64,000 nt of DNA from Escherichia coli (GCF_024223415.1 NZ_CP100500.1); one strand, 5' to 3'; shown: positions 1 through 12,861, counted from the first letter of the stretch. Program-made: numbers and translations. The notes: generated by a model from the sequence alone, not told the origin.

Positions 1-1157
1 ATCAACCATACGGTCTGCCAGTCGGTAATGCCGTTTTGGGTGTACATCTCAACAACTTTACCGCTCACGATGCCGCCGAGGATACAGCCGAAGCCGTTAG
101 TCATCATCAGGAACATCCCTTGTGCACTGGCGCGAATTGCCGGGCTAACTTCTTTTTCGACAAACACCGAACCAGAGATGTTGAAGAAGTCGAATGCGCA
201 ACCGTAAACGATCATCGACAGAACCAGCAGTACGGTGCCGAACGGAGTCGGGTCGCCGTAAGCAAACAGCGCAAAACGCAGGATCCACGCCACAATACTG
301 ATCATCATTACGTTCTTAATACCGTAGCGGCTTAAGAAGAACGGGATGGTCAGAATGAACAGGGTTTCAGAGATCTGCGAAATCGACATGATGATTGACG
401 CATGCTGCACAATAAAGCTGCTGGCAAACATCGGATCTTTGTCGAAGCTGTGCAGGAAGGTATTACCGAACATGTTGGTAATCTGCAGTTCCGCGCCCAG
501 CAGCATTGAGAAGATGAAGAAGATTGCCATACGCTTGTTTTTAAACAGCGCGAATGCATCGAGGCCCAGCAGGGTTGTCCAGCTCTGATTCGCTTGCTGT
601 TTAGCAACCGGAATATGCGGCAGAGTCAGGGTAAACAGAACCAGAATGGCGGAAAGTGCTGCGCCAATATACAGCTGCATGTGGCTTAATTCGAAGCCAG
701 ACAGGCTCACCACCCACATTGCCATGATAAAGCCGATGGTGCCCCAGATACGGATTGGCGGGAAGTCAGTAACGATATCCATCCCGGCATTTTGCAGGCG
801 ATAGTAAGAGATGGTGTTGATTAACCCAAGCGTTGGCATATAAGCAAACGAGTTAATCAATATCACAAGGAACATCGCTTCCGGCGTCGTGACCTGTGCC
901 GCCATGAACAGCGTGATAGCGCCAATGGTGTGGCAAATGGCATATACCCATTTCGCACTTAACCATTTGTCGGCCACAATCCCCAGCAGCGCAGGCATAA
1001 AGACCGCGGCGATACCCAGTGAACTATAAACTGCGCCAATAGAAGCACCGTCAAACTTCAGGGTAACAAACATATAGGAGCCGAGGGTCGTCAGCCAACT
1101 TCCCCACAGACAGAACTGCAGAAAAGAGAGGATTTTCAGCTGCAGCTTAAGATTCAT
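1..1157 (-). CDS. nupG: nucleoside:H+ symporter NupG, 5' portion; the gene runs off the window start
   Basis: Minus-strand frame from ATG at 1155-1157 translates MNLKLQLKILSFLQFCLWG..., matching the NupG N-terminus, and stays open to the window edge. Confidence 0.85.
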   Translation of the reverse strand, partial: MNLKLQLKILSFLQFCLWGSWLTTLGSYMFVTLKFDGASIGAVYSSLGIAAVFMPALLGIVADKWLSAKWVYAICHTIGAITLFMAAQVTTPEAMFLVILINSFAYMPTLGLINTISYYRLQNAGMDIVTDFPPIRIWGTIGFIMAMWVVSLSGFELSHMQLYIGAALSAILVLFTLTLPHIPVAKQQANQSWTTLLGLDAFALFKNKRMAIFFIFSMLLGAELQITNMFGNTFLHSFDKDPMFASSFIVQHASIIMSISQISETLFILTIPFFLSRYGIKNVMMISIVAWILRFALFAYGDPTPFGTVLLVLSMIVYGCAFDFFNISGSVFVEKEVSPAIRASAQGMFLMMTNGFGCILGGIVSGKVVEMYTQNGITDWQTVWL

Positions 1158-1304
1158 GTTAATTTCCTCACATCGTGATGCGGATGAGTGTTTGAAAAAG
1201 CACATTTGACCGTGCGAGATGATGGGATTCTATCAACTTCGCGGACTGGTTTTTTGTTACCTGTGGCAAATAATTGCAAACATTCCTAATTTGCAAAACG
1301 AAAT

Positions 1305-1320
1305 TGTGATATGGATAACA
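1305..1320. promoter_or_regulatory. CRP-like site (TGTGA-N6-TAACA) in the nupG/mltC intergenic region
   Basis: tgtgatatggataaca read directly; nupG is a known CRP/CytR/DeoR-regulated gene. Confidence 0.35.
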
Positions 1321-1358
1321 TTTTTGCCCCTGAGCATCGTCAGGGGCGGTTAGTGGAA

Positions 1359-2465
<1,107 letters not shown>

Positions 2466-2502
2466 TTATGCAAGCTGCCGGAGGCGTGCTCCGGCACTGT
2501 TT

Positions 2503-2781
<279 letters not shown>

Positions 2782-2805
2782 TCATCCTCTTTATCGACTC
2801 ACGCG

Positions 2806-3858
2806 CTAAACCGGCGCGCCAGTGCGTAACTGCTGTAACAAACGCTCCACGGGAGCCGCCAGGCCAACTGACGGCGGTTGCGCTAAGTTATACCAGAGCG
2901 CATTGCCTTCATCCATGCAGCCGGTGAATGACGACACGGGAAGCCACATAGGCACAATATCTAAGTGGAAATGGCTGAAGGTATGCCGAAACGCGGTCAG
3001 CTGCGTCAGGTTATCGGCAGCAATCTGCCGTTGCGCCAGCCACTGCCGCAAACTTTCTTCGTCGGCAAACTGCGGGAAACAGTATAAACCGCCCCACAAT
3101 CCGCTCGGCGGACGCTGCGCCAGCAATACTTCATCTTCGTGCTGTAACAGGAGAAAGTAGCCGGTGCGCTCCGGCAGCGTCTGTTTCGGTTTTTTGCCCG
3201 GATAAAGCGACCAGCTATTGTTGGTGGCGGCAATACATCCGTTTTGTAGCGGACAGAGCGAACATTTCGGCTTCGAACGCGTGCAAATCATCGCGCCCAA
3301 ATCCATCATCGCCTGATTAAACCGTTCCACGCCGACCGCGGGCGTCACCTGCTCGCTTAAACTCCATAATTTATTCTCGACCTCTTTTTTCCCAGGCCAG
3401 CCGCTTACAGCATAGCAGCGCGCCAGCACCCGTTTGACGTTACCGTCGAGAATCGGAAAGTGCTTACCCAGAGAAAGCGAGAGAATCGCGCCTGCGGTGG
3501 AACGCCCGACGCCCGGCAGTGCTGCAACTTCCTCAAAGGTTTCCGGGAATATACCGCCGTGTAAGGTCGCCACTTGTTGTGCCGCTTTATGCAGATTGCG
3601 CGCGCGGGCGTAATAGCCAAGCCCGGTCCACAAGTGGAGAACTTCGTCGAGCGGCGCATTGGCGAGATCGGTCACCGTCGGGAAGCGCGCCATAAAGCGT
3701 TCAAAATAGGGGATAACGGTCGCAACCTGAGTTTGTTGCAACATCACTTCTGAGAGCCATACTTTGTAGGGCGTCTTGTCAATTTGCCAGGGCAGAGTTT
3801 TTCGCCCGTATTTATCGTACCAGTCCAGAACCTGGGCTGAAAATTGCGACGCTTGCAT
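2806..3858 (-). CDS. mutY: adenine DNA glycosylase MutY
   Basis: Translation [45 protein letters not shown]...; internal Met chosen as start (the ORF track gives a longer upstream frame). Confidence 0.93.
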   Translation of the reverse strand: MQASQFSAQVLDWYDKYGRKTLPWQIDKTPYKVWLSEVMLQQTQVATVIPYFERFMARFPTVTDLANAPLDEVLHLWTGLGYYARARNLHKAAQQVATLHGGIFPETFEEVAALPGVGRSTAGAILSLSLGKHFPILDGNVKRVLARCYAVSGWPGKKEVENKLWSLSEQVTPAVGVERFNQAMMDLGAMICTRSKPKCSLCPLQNGCIAATNNSWSLYPGKKPKQTLPERTGYFLLLQHEDEVLLAQRPPSGLWGGLYCFPQFADEESLRQWLAQRQIAADNLTQLTAFRHTFSHFHLDIVPMWLPVSSFTGCMDEGNALWYNLAQPPSVGLAAPVERLLQQLRTGAPV

Positions 3859-4018
3859 GGTCACCGAATTCACTGTTGTTGGGGGCAAGATTGCAGCACA
3901 GCGACGGCAGGGTGTAAACCGGAACTTTCCGCAGCCACGGCCTTATCATGCTTGCATCCGGCAACTAACTTTGGATAATGCCCGTTTTCAGAACACTTTC
4001 ACAAGCGACTAAATCTTT

Positions 4019-4738
4019 ATGAAAAACGACGTCATTTCACCGGAATTTGATGAAAACGGCCGCCCACTGCGCCGTATCCGTAGTTTTGTGCGCCGCCAGG
4101 GGCGACTGACCAAAGGCCAGGAACATGCGCTGGAAAACTACTGGCCGGTGATGGGCGTTGAGTTCAGCGAAGATATGCTGGATTTCCCCGCGCTTTTTGG
4201 CCGTGAAGCGCCGGTGACGCTTGAGATTGGTTTTGGCATGGGGGCGTCGCTGGTGGCAATGGCTAAAGATCGCCCCGAGCAGGACTTCCTCGGCATTGAA
4301 GTGCATTCACCGGGCGTTGGTGCGTGCCTGGCTTCTGCGCATGAAGAGGGCTTAAGCAACCTGCGCGTGATGTGTCACGATGCGGTTGAAGTGCTGCATA
4401 AAATGATTCCTGACAATTCATTGCGCATGGTGCAGCTCTTTTTCCCTGACCCGTGGCACAAAGCGCGCCATAATAAACGCCGTATCGTTCAGGTGCCGTT
4501 TGCCGAACTGGTAAAAAGCAAACTGCAGCTGGGGGGCGTATTCCATATGGCGACCGACTGGGAACCTTATGCGGAACATATGCTTGAAGTGATGTCTTCT
4601 ATTGACGGTTATAAAAACCTGTCAGAGAGCAATGATTACGTACCGCGTCCGGCATCACGTCCGGTGACGAAATTTGAACAACGTGGTCATCGTCTTGGTC
4701 ACGGAGTATGGGACTTAATGTTCGAGAGGGTGAAATAA
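4019..4738 (+). CDS. trmB: tRNA (guanine-N7)-methyltransferase
   Basis: 239-aa [52 protein letters not shown]... Confidence 0.93.
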   Translation: MKNDVISPEFDENGRPLRRIRSFVRRQGRLTKGQEHALENYWPVMGVEFSEDMLDFPALFGREAPVTLEIGFGMGASLVAMAKDRPEQDFLGIEVHSPGVGACLASAHEEGLSNLRVMCHDAVEVLHKMIPDNSLRMVQLFFPDPWHKARHNKRRIVQVPFAELVKSKLQLGGVFHMATDWEPYAEHMLEVMSSIDGYKNLSESNDYVPRPASRPVTKFEQRGHRLGHGVWDLMFERVK

Positions 4739-5064
4739 TGGCAAAGAACCGTAGCCGTCGTCTGCGTAAAAAAATGCACATCGACGAATTCCAGGAATTA
4801 GGATTTTCGGTGGCATGGCGATTCCCGGAAGGTACATCGGAAGAACAGATTGATAAAACCGTTGATGATTTTATTAACGAGGTTATCGAACCGAACAAAC
4901 TGGCCTTTGACGGCAGCGGTTATCTGGCCTGGGAAGGTCTGATCTGCATGCAGGAAATCGGCAAATGCACTGAAGAACATCAGGCGATTGTGCGTAAGTG
5001 GCTGGAAGAGCGCAAACTGGATGAGGTACGCACCAGCGAACTTTTCGACGTTTGGTGGGACTAA
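4738..5064 (+). CDS. yggL: DUF469 protein YggL
   Basis: [29 protein letters not shown]...; start overlaps the trmB stop. Confidence 0.88.
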   Translation: MAKNRSRRLRKKMHIDEFQELGFSVAWRFPEGTSEEQIDKTVDDFINEVIEPNKLAFDGSGYLAWEGLICMQEIGKCTEEHQAIVRKWLEERKLDEVRTSELFDVWWD

Positions 5065-5094
5065 GAAAGCATACGGGCGATGACAAATGCAAAA

Positions 5095-5185
5095 CTGCCT
5101 GATGCGCTACGCTTATCATGCCTACAAAGATGCACGATCGAGTAGGCGGGATAAGGCGTTTACGCCGCATCCGGCATGGAAAACG
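5095..5185. repeat. REP / palindromic unit cluster
   Basis: gcctgatgcgctacgcttatcatgcctac ... ggataaggcgtttacgccgcatccggc, typical enterobacterial REP consensus. Confidence 0.8.
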
Positions 5186-5247
5186 CGTACTTTGTTATCA
5201 ATCTGGGGCCAGCAAATGCTGGCCTGATTTGTTCTTGAGGGAAGACT

Positions 5248-5967
5248 ATGATGCGCAAAATGCTGCTGGCGGCAGCACTTTCAGTGACGGCAATGACCGC
5301 TCACGCCGACTACCAGTGCAGCGTCACGCCGCGTGACGATGTGATTGTCAGCCCGCAAACCGTGCAGGTGAAGGGCGAAAACGGCAATCTGGTGATCACG
5401 CCAGACGGCAACGTGATGTATAACGGTAAGCAATATTCCCTGAATGCCGCCCAGCGCGAGCAGGCGAAGGATTATCAGGCTGAACTACGTAGCACGCTGC
5501 CGTGGATTGATGAAGGCGCGAAAAGCCGCGTCGAGAAAGCCCGTATTGCTCTGGATAAAATTATCGTTCAGGAGATGGGCGAAAGCAGCAAAATGCGCAG
5601 CCGTCTGACCAAACTTGATGCGCAGCTGAAAGAGCAGATGAACCGCATTATCGAAACGCGCAGCGATGGCCTGACGTTCCACTATAAAGCCATTGATCAG
5701 GTTCGCGCTGAAGGCCAGCAATTAGTGAATCAGGCAATGGGCGGAATTTTACAGGACAGCATTAATGAAATGGGCGCGAAAGCGGTGCTGAAAAGCGGCG
5801 GTAACCCATTACAGAATGTGCTGGGAAGCCTGGGGGGGCTGCAATCCTCAATCCAAACCGAGTGGAAAAAGCAGGAAAAAGATTTCCAGCAGTTTGGCAA
5901 AGATGTTTGTAGCCGCGTTGTGACTCTGGAAGATAGCCGCAAAGCCCTGGTCGGGAATTTAAAATAA
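5248..5967 (+). CDS. yggN: periplasmic DUF2884 protein YggN
   Basis: MMRKMLLAAALSVTAMTAHADYQCSV... signal peptide; recognised YggN. Confidence 0.88.
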   Translation: MMRKMLLAAALSVTAMTAHADYQCSVTPRDDVIVSPQTVQVKGENGNLVITPDGNVMYNGKQYSLNAAQREQAKDYQAELRSTLPWIDEGAKSRVEKARIALDKIIVQEMGESSKMRSRLTKLDAQLKEQMNRIIETRSDGLTFHYKAIDQVRAEGQQLVNQAMGGILQDSINEMGAKAVLKSGGNPLQNVLGSLGGLQSSIQTEWKKQEKDFQQFGKDVCSRVVTLEDSRKALVGNLK

Positions 5968-6142
5968 TCCTCTATTTTAAGACGGCATAATACTTTTTTA
6001 TGCCGTTTAATTCTTCGTTTTGTTACCTGCCTCTAACTTTGTAGATCTCCAAAATATATTCACGTTGTAAATTGTTTAACGTCAAATTTCCCATACAGAG
6101 CTAAGGGATAATGCGTAGCGTTCACGTAACTGGAGGAATGAA

Positions 6143-7189
6143 ATGGAGTTTTTCAAAAAGACGGCACTTGCCGCACTGGTTATGGGTTTTAGTGGTGCAG
6201 CATTGGCATTACCCAATATCACCATTTTAGCAACCGGCGGGACCATTGCCGGTGGTGGTGACTCCGCAACCAAATCTAACTACACAGCGGGTAAAGTTGG
6301 CGTAGAAAATCTGGTTAATGCGGTGCCGCAACTGAAGGACATTGCGAACGTTAAAGGCGAGCAGGTAGTGAATATCGGCTCCCAGGACATGAACGATGAT
6401 GTCTGGCTGACACTGGCGAAAAAAATTAACACCGACTGCGATAAAACCGACGGCTTCGTCATTACTCACGGTACCGACACGATGGAAGAAACCGCTTACT
6501 TCCTCGACCTGACGGTGAAATGCGACAAACCGGTGGTGATGGTCGGCGCAATGCGTCCGTCCACGTCTATGAGCGCAGACGGTCCATTCAACCTGTATAA
6601 CGCGGTAGTGACTGCAGCTGATAAAGCCTCCGCTAATCGTGGCGTGCTGGTGGTGATGAACGACACCGTACTGGACGGTCGCGATGTCACCAAAACCAAC
6701 ACCACCGACGTAGCGACCTTCAAGTCTGTTAACTACGGTCCTCTGGGTTACATTCACAACGGTAAGATTGACTACCAACGTACCCCGGCACGTAAGCACA
6801 CCAGCGACACGCCGTTCGATGTCTCTAAGCTGAATGAACTGCCGAAAGTCGGCATTGTTTATAACTACGCTAACGCATCCGATCTTCCGGCTAAAGCACT
6901 GGTAGATGCGGGCTATGATGGCATCGTTAGCGCTGGTGTGGGTAACGGCAACCTGTATAAAACCGTATTTGACACTCTGGCGACCGCCGCGAAAAACGGC
7001 ACTGCAGTAGTGCGTTCTTCCCGCGTACCGACGGGCGCTACCACTCAGGATGCCGAAGTGGATGATGCGAAATACGGCTTCGTCGCCTCTGGCACGCTGA
7101 ACCCGCAAAAAGCGCGCGTTCTGCTGCAACTGGCTCTGACGCAAACCAAAGATCCGCAGCAGATCCAGCAGATCTTCAATCAGTACTAA
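6143..7189 (+). CDS. ansB: L-asparaginase 2 (periplasmic)
   Basis: 348-aa ORF MEFFKKTALAALVMGFSGAALALPNITILATGGTIAGGGDSATKSNYT... Confidence 0.95.
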   Translation: MEFFKKTALAALVMGFSGAALALPNITILATGGTIAGGGDSATKSNYTAGKVGVENLVNAVPQLKDIANVKGEQVVNIGSQDMNDDVWLTLAKKINTDCDKTDGFVITHGTDTMEETAYFLDLTVKCDKPVVMVGAMRPSTSMSADGPFNLYNAVVTAADKASANRGVLVVMNDTVLDGRDVTKTNTTDVATFKSVNYGPLGYIHNGKIDYQRTPARKHTSDTPFDVSKLNELPKVGIVYNYANASDLPAKALVDAGYDGIVSAGVGNGNLYKTVFDTLATAAKNGTAVVRSSRVPTGATTQDAEVDDAKYGFVASGTLNPQKARVLLQLALTQTKDPQQIQQIFNQY

Positions 7190-7195
7190 TCACCT

Positions 7196-7223
7196 CGCCC
7201 CGGTATCGTGCCGGGGCTTTTTC
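7196..7223 (+). terminator. rho-independent terminator of ansB
   Basis: GC hairpin gccccggtatcgtgccggggc followed by a T-run. Confidence 0.7.
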
Positions 7224-7305
7224 ACTTCAGACTTACGTCCATTGCCAATTTTTATTACCATGATGATAATCACTGGAATAAATTATTCCGCGCGAGGGTT
7301 TTCGG

Positions 7306-8313
7306 GTGAAAAAGCAATGGATTGTTGGCACGGCGCTGCTTATGTTGATGACTGGTAATGTCTGGGCAGATGGCGAACCGCCAACTGAAAATATCTTAAA
7401 AGATCAATTCAAAAAGCAGTATCACGGCATTCTCAAGCTTGATGCTATCACCTTAAAAAATCTTGATGCTAAGGGTAATCAGGCCACCTGGTCAGCGGAA
7501 GGCGATGTCTCTTCCAATGACGATCTCTATACCTGGGTCGGTCAGTTGGCAGATTACGAACTGCTCGAACAGACCTGGACGAAAGATAAAGCGGTAAAAT
7601 TCTCGGCGATGTTAACCAGTAAAGGAACGCCCGCGTCTGGCTGGTCGGTGAACTTTTACTCTTTTCAGGCGGCAGCCAGCGATCGTGGGCGGGTGGTCGA
7701 CGATATCAAAACGAATAATAAATATCTGATCGTGAATAGCGAAGATTTCAATTATCGCTTTAGTCAGCTTGAATCTGCGTTGAATACCCAGAAGAACTCG
7801 ATTCCTGCGCTGGAAAAGGAAGTGAAAGCGCTTGATAAGCAAATGGTGGCGGCGCAGAAAGCAGCGGATGCATATTGGGGAAAAGATGCAAACGGTAAGC
7901 AAATGACCCGCGAAGACGCCTTTAAAAAAATTCACCAACAGCGTGATGAGTTTAATAAACAGAACGATAGCGAGGCGTTCGCGGTTAAATATGACAAAGA
8001 GGTTTATCAACCGGCGATTGCGGCATGTCATAAACAGAGTGAAGAGTGTTATGAAGTGCCGATTCAGCAGAAACGAGATTTCGATATCAACGAACAACGG
8101 CGACAGACTTTTCTGCAATCACAAAAACTTAGCCGTAAATTGCAGGATGACTGGATAACGCTCGAAAAAGGGCAATATCCGCTAACGATGAAAGTTTCAG
8201 AAATAAACAGTAAAAAAGTCGCGATTTTGATGAAAATTGACGATATCAACCAGGCTAATGAACGCTGGAAAAAAGATACCGAACAACTGCGGCGCAATGG
8301 GGTGATTAAGTAA
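7306..8313 (+). CDS. yggM: DUF1202 protein YggM (GTG start)
   Basis: 335-aa ORF MKKQWIVGTALLMLMTGNVWADGEPPTENILKDQFKKQYHG... Confidence 0.85.
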   Translation: MKKQWIVGTALLMLMTGNVWADGEPPTENILKDQFKKQYHGILKLDAITLKNLDAKGNQATWSAEGDVSSNDDLYTWVGQLADYELLEQTWTKDKAVKFSAMLTSKGTPASGWSVNFYSFQAAASDRGRVVDDIKTNNKYLIVNSEDFNYRFSQLESALNTQKNSIPALEKEVKALDKQMVAAQKAADAYWGKDANGKQMTREDAFKKIHQQRDEFNKQNDSEAFAVKYDKEVYQPAIAACHKQSEECYEVPIQQKRDFDINEQRRQTFLQSQKLSRKLQDDWITLEKGQYPLTMKVSEINSKKVAILMKIDDINQANERWKKDTEQLRRNGVIK

Positions 8314-8319
8314 GTTTTG

Positions 8320-8555
8320 ATATAGCGCACGATTTGTAGCAGGATGCGGCGTTGACCCCGCATCCGGCAATCAACGTCTGATGCGACGCTAGCGCGTCTT
8401 ATCAGACCTACAACAGCTGCCACATGTCGGCTGAGGTGCTCACGCCGCATCCGGCAATCAACGTCTGATGCGACGCTTGCGCGTCTTATCAGACCTACAA
8501 CCGTTGCCACATGTAGGCTGGATAAGGCGTTCACGCCGCATCCGGCAATACAAGT
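8320..8555. repeat. BIME: two tandem ~87-bp REP-containing units plus flanking palindromic units
   Basis: catccggcaatcaacgtctgatgcgacgct[a/t]gcgcgtcttatcagacctacaac... occurs twice, offset about 87 bp (8361 and 8448). Confidence 0.85.
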
Positions 8556-9692
8556 TTACTCAGCCAGAAAAAGCTCCAGCAGCGAATTTAAAAACAGCTT
8601 CCCATGTTCCGTAATCTGCCAGTAATCCGCACATTCGGTGAGATAACCCTGGGCAATCGCCTCGTCTAACTGTGGGCGAATCACATCTTCGCAAAGCCCG
8701 GTATACGCACTAAACTCCACGCGCGGCGCAGGTTCCAGCAACCGGAAGCGATTCATAAAGAACTCAAACGGCTTATCTGCGGCTTCGACATCACGCTGGC
8801 TTTCCAGATACCTTCCCTGCATAAAACCACGCGGATGACGCGTTTTGGTGGTACGCAGAATGCGCCCATCCGGGAAGGTCACTTTGCCGTGCGCGCCGCA
8901 GCCAATACCGATGTAGTCACCAAAGCGCCAGTAGTTGAGATTGTGCTGGCACTGATAACCGAGTTTGGCGTAAGCGGAAGTTTCATATTGCTGATAACCC
9001 GCTGCGGTTAATAACTGATGCCCCTGTTCGAAAATATCCCACAGCGCGTCGTCGTCCGGCAGTACCGGCGGGCGTGAACCAAACAGCGTATTAGGTTCGA
9101 TGGTCAGTTGATACCAGGAAAGATGCGGCGGATTCAGTTCAATAGCCTGGCGCAGATCGCCAAGCGCCTCTTCCAGCGATTGATCCGGTAGCCCATGCAT
9201 CAAATCAAGGTTAAAGCTACGTAACCCTAAACCGCTCGCCAGCTTTGCCGCTCGTTTCGCTTCTTGCGGGCCATGAATACGTCCCAGCCGTTTCAGCTTT
9301 TCTTCGCTAAAACTCTGTACCCCAATAGAGATACGATTTACACCGGCACGCTGATAATCAACAAAGCGATCGGCTTCTACCGTACCGGGGTTCGCTTCCA
9401 TGGTAATTTCTGCATCCGCTGCCAGCGGCAAACGCGCACGCACGCCGTCCAGCAGCGTTTGCATCGCCGAGCCGGAAAGCAGGCTCGGCGTACCACCGCC
9501 AATAAAGATTGTCTTTACTTCACGGCCCTGAGCGTAAGCCACATCGTTGTCCAGATCGTTAAGCAGATGCTGAACGTAATCGTCGTGCGGCACTTCTCCT
9601 TTCAACGCGTGAGAGTTGAAATCGCAGTACGGGCATTTCTGCACGCACCACGGGATATGAATGTAGAGACTCAGCGGCGGTAATTTAACCAT
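8556..9692 (-). CDS. hemW: heme chaperone HemW (radical SAM, coproporphyrinogen oxidase-like; YggW)
   Basis: 378-aa [36 protein letters not shown]... with CxxxCxxC radical-SAM motif. Confidence 0.92.
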   Translation of the reverse strand: MVKLPPLSLYIHIPWCVQKCPYCDFNSHALKGEVPHDDYVQHLLNDLDNDVAYAQGREVKTIFIGGGTPSLLSGSAMQTLLDGVRARLPLAADAEITMEANPGTVEADRFVDYQRAGVNRISIGVQSFSEEKLKRLGRIHGPQEAKRAAKLASGLGLRSFNLDLMHGLPDQSLEEALGDLRQAIELNPPHLSWYQLTIEPNTLFGSRPPVLPDDDALWDIFEQGHQLLTAAGYQQYETSAYAKLGYQCQHNLNYWRFGDYIGIGCGAHGKVTFPDGRILRTTKTRHPRGFMQGRYLESQRDVEAADKPFEFFMNRFRLLEPAPRVEFSAYTGLCEDVIRPQLDEAIAQGYLTECADYWQITEHGKLFLNSLLELFLAE

Positions 9693-10278
9693 TACGTAAA
9701 GCGTCCAGCAGCAGTTTCAACGCCTGACCACGGTGGGAAATGGCGCTCTTTTCTTCGCGAGTCAGTTCGGCAGCGGTTTTCCCTTCGGAAGGAACGAAGA
9801 AGATTGGATCATAACCAAAGCCGCCAGTACCGGCCGGTTCACGAGTAATCACACCAGGCCAGCTACCGTGGCACACCAGCGGAGTCGGATCTTCCGCGTG
9901 ACGCAGATATACCAGCACGCAGTGGAAACGCGCCTGACGTTGTTCGTCCGGTACGTCTTTCAGTGTTTCCAGCAGTTTTTGCAGATTCTTTTGATCGGTC
10001 GCGTCTTCACCGGAATAACGCGCGGAGTAAATGCCTGGCGCGCCACCAAGTACATCTACCGCCAGACCGGAGTCGTCGGCAATTGCCGGTAAACCGGTCA
10101 CTTTTGCCGCATGGCGCGCTTTCAGAATCGCGTTTTCGATAAAGGTCAGGCCGGTTTCTTCAGCGGAATCTACGCCGAGGTCTGTTTGGGCCACGATATC
10201 AAGACCGAAGTCGCTAAGCAGCGACGCCAGCTCACGCACTTTACCGGCATTGCCGGTTGCGAGGACAACTTTTTGCAT
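9685..10278 (-). CDS. rdgB: dITP/XTP pyrophosphatase
   Basis: 197-aa [53 protein letters not shown]... Confidence 0.93.
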   Translation of the reverse strand: MQKVVLATGNAGKVRELASLLSDFGLDIVAQTDLGVDSAEETGLTFIENAILKARHAAKVTGLPAIADDSGLAVDVLGGAPGIYSARYSGEDATDQKNLQKLLETLKDVPDEQRQARFHCVLVYLRHAEDPTPLVCHGSWPGVITREPAGTGGFGYDPIFFVPSEGKTAAELTREEKSAISHRGQALKLLLDALRNG

Positions 10279-10285
10279 AGGATAC

Positions 10286-10576
10286 CTAATTAATTAACGC
10301 CGCGATTTCTGGCGGGATTTGTTGCGGATTAATGATTTTAATTTGTTTGTGGCGGCCAAGTTCGCCTTTTTCAATCACCACCTGGCTTTTGGCAACCCGG
10401 AATTGCTTACCGAGAAACTTCACCAGATGGCTGTTGGCCTGACCGTCAACCGGCGGCGCGGTAATGGCGACTTTAACTTCGTCGCCATGTAAACCGACAA
10501 TAGAATCACGGCTGGCTTTCGGCTGAATATAGAGCCGTAAAACCAGACCGTCATCATTAACTGTTACGGCACTCAT
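10286..10576 (-). CDS. yggU: DUF167 protein YggU
   Basis: [36 protein letters not shown]...; an alternative Met four codons upstream would end the gene at 10588. Confidence 0.85.
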
Positions 10577-11139
10577 AACGCCATCCACAGCCCCGGCAGC
10601 AGCATATTTCCGGTTGCCTGTAATACTTCTGCGACACCCATATTGATGACATACAGCAGCAGAACGAGGATCATCGGCGAGAAATCAATCCCACCCATTG
10701 CCGGTAGCAGGCGGCGAATCGGGCGCAGCAGCGGATCGGCCAGCTGAATCAGCACGTATTCAATCGGGCTACGACCCTGGCTTACCCAGCTCATAATCGC
10801 CATCACCAGCAGGACCCAGAAAATCAGCAGGCCGATGGTTTTCAGCAGAATCAGTAAACCGGCAATCCAGATGATTGGCAGGAAGGTCACCACTTTAAAC
10901 AGCACGATGGCTTTGATAAAACTGAGAATATAGGCAACCAGCAGCGAGGCGCTATCAATGGGGCCCATTGCCGGAATAACGCGGCGCAGTGGCCCGATAA
11001 TTGGCTGCGTTACCTTCACTACAAACTGTGAGAAGGGGTTGTAAAAATCACAATGAGCCCACTGCATCCAGATGCGTAATAACAGCACCATGGTATACAG
11101 CTCAATGACCGTTGAAAGCAGGAAAGTCAACGTATTCAT
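10573..11139 (-). CDS. yggT: YggT family inner-membrane protein
   Basis: 188-aa hydrophobic [42 protein letters not shown]... Confidence 0.9.
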
Positions 11140-11156
11140 GGCGTTCCTTTAATTCC

Positions 11157-11861
11157 TTATTTTTTAGAGTAATCACGCGCACCAAAAATTGCAGTGCCGA
11201 TACGAACCATCGTGCTACCTGCCGCAATGGCGGCTTCCATATCGTCCGACATTCCCAGAGAGAGTGTGTCGATATGCGAGTAGCGCGTTTTCAGTCCGGC
11301 AAATGCTACAGCCATTTGGCGTGCAACTTCAAACTGCCTTACATATTCTGACTCAGGCGCAGGGATTGCCATCAGCCCGCGCAGACGTAAACGCGGTAGT
11401 TCAGCGACCGCAGCTGCCAGCTCGTCCAGTTCTGCCAGTTGAATCCCGGACTTACTGTTTTCATCACTAATATTAATTTGAATCAGCACGTTAAGAGGGG
11501 GAAGTTCTGCCGGGCGCTGATCGTTGAGGCGGGTAGCGATGCGCAAACGGTCGATGGTATGACACCAGTCGAAATGCTCTGCCACCAGGCGGCTTTTATT
11601 AGACTGCAACGGGCCAATAAAATGCCATTCTAATCCTGTTACGCCCAGTTCCTGAAAGTGGCGAATTTTATCTACCCCTTCCTGAACGTAGTTTTCACCA
11701 AATTGACGCTGCCCGGCATCAATGGCTTCTGCGATGGCGCTCGCAGGTTTTGTTTTACTGACTGCAAGCAGCGTAATTTCTTCTGGAGAACGGCCGCAAC
11801 GCGTTGCAGCCGCTGAGATTTTGTCCCGGACCTGTGCCAGGTTATGCGCAATATCGTTCAT
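11157..11861 (-). CDS. yggS: pyridoxal-phosphate homeostasis protein YggS
   Basis: 234-aa ORF MNDIAHNLAQVRDKISAAATRCGRSPEEITLLAVSKTKPASAIAEA... Confidence 0.92.
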   Translation of the reverse strand: MNDIAHNLAQVRDKISAAATRCGRSPEEITLLAVSKTKPASAIAEAIDAGQRQFGENYVQEGVDKIRHFQELGVTGLEWHFIGPLQSNKSRLVAEHFDWCHTIDRLRIATRLNDQRPAELPPLNVLIQINISDENSKSGIQLAELDELAAAVAELPRLRLRGLMAIPAPESEYVRQFEVARQMAVAFAGLKTRYSHIDTLSLGMSDDMEAAIAAGSTMVRIGTAIFGARDYSKK

Positions 11862-11878
11862 TTTCCGAGGATCTTAGT

Positions 11879-12859
11879 ATGAATATGGAAGAAATTGTGG
11901 CCCTTAGTGTAAAGCATAACGTCTCGGATCTACACCTGTGCAGCGCCTGGCCCGCACGATGGCGCATTCGCGGGCTAATGGAAGCTGCGCCGTTTGATGC
12001 GCCGGACGTCGAAGAGCTACTGCGGGAGTGGCTGGATGACGATCAGCGGGCAATATTGCTGGAGAATGGTCAGCTGGATTTTGCCGTGTCGCTGACGGAA
12101 AACCAGCGATTGCGTGGCAGCGCAATCGCGCAACGGCATGGCATTTCGCTGGCGTTACGGCTGTTACCTTCGCACTGCCCGCAGCTCGAACAGCTTGGCG
12201 CACCAACGGTATTGCCGGAATTACTCAAGAGCGAGAATGGCCTGATTCTGGTGACGGGGGCGACGGGGAGCGGCAAATCTACCACGCTGGCGGCGATGGT
12301 TGGCTATCTCAATCAACATGCCGATGCGCATATTCTGACGCTGGAAGATCCTGTTGAATATCTCTATGCCAGCCAGCGATGTTTGATCCAGCAGCGGGAA
12401 ATTGGTTTGCACTGTATGACGTTCGCATCGGGATTGCGGGCCGCATTGCGGGAAGATCCTGATGTGATTTTGCTCGGAGAGCTGCGTGACAGCGAGACAA
12501 TCCGTCTGGCGCTGACGGCGGCAGAAACCGGGCATCTGGTGCTGGCAACCTTACATACACGTGGTGCCGCGCAGGCAGTTGAGCGACTTGTGGATTCATT
12601 TCCGGCGCAGGAAAAAGACCCCGTGCGTAATCAACTGGCAGGTAGTTTACGGGCAGTGCTGTCACAAAAGCTGGAAGTGGATAAACAGGAAGGACGCGTG
12701 GCGCTATTTGAATTGCTGATTAACACACCCGCGGTGGGGAATTTGATTCGCGAAGGGAAAACCCACCAGTTACCGCATGTTATTCAAACTGGGCAACAGG
12801 TGGGGATGATAACGTTTCAGCAGAGTTATCAGCAGCGGGTGGGGGAAGGGCGTTTGTGA
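11879..12859 (+). CDS. yggR: PilT-like type IV pilus retraction ATPase homologue YggR
   Basis: MNMEEIVALSVKHNVSDLHL... with Walker A GATGSGKST; internal Met chosen over the longer track ORF. Confidence 0.88.
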   Translation: MNMEEIVALSVKHNVSDLHLCSAWPARWRIRGLMEAAPFDAPDVEELLREWLDDDQRAILLENGQLDFAVSLTENQRLRGSAIAQRHGISLALRLLPSHCPQLEQLGAPTVLPELLKSENGLILVTGATGSGKSTTLAAMVGYLNQHADAHILTLEDPVEYLYASQRCLIQQREIGLHCMTFASGLRAALREDPDVILLGELRDSETIRLALTAAETGHLVLATLHTRGAAQAVERLVDSFPAQEKDPVRNQLAGSLRAVLSQKLEVDKQEGRVALFELLINTPAVGNLIREGKTHQLPHVIQTGQQVGMITFQQSYQQRVGEGRL

Positions 12860-12861
12860 CG

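Noticed and set aside
8064-8534. 156-aa ORF with an internal duplicated peptide (VAAVVGLIRRASVASDVDCRMR appearing twice)
   Set aside because: It lies entirely over the tandem REP/BIME units; the peptide repeat is just the translated DNA repeat, and there is no start or RBS context.
8320-8555. Possible CRISPR array, because of regularly spaced repeats
   Set aside because: Only two units, the repeats are REP palindromes of the standard enterobacterial family, there are no unique spacers of constant length, and no cas genes are in the window.
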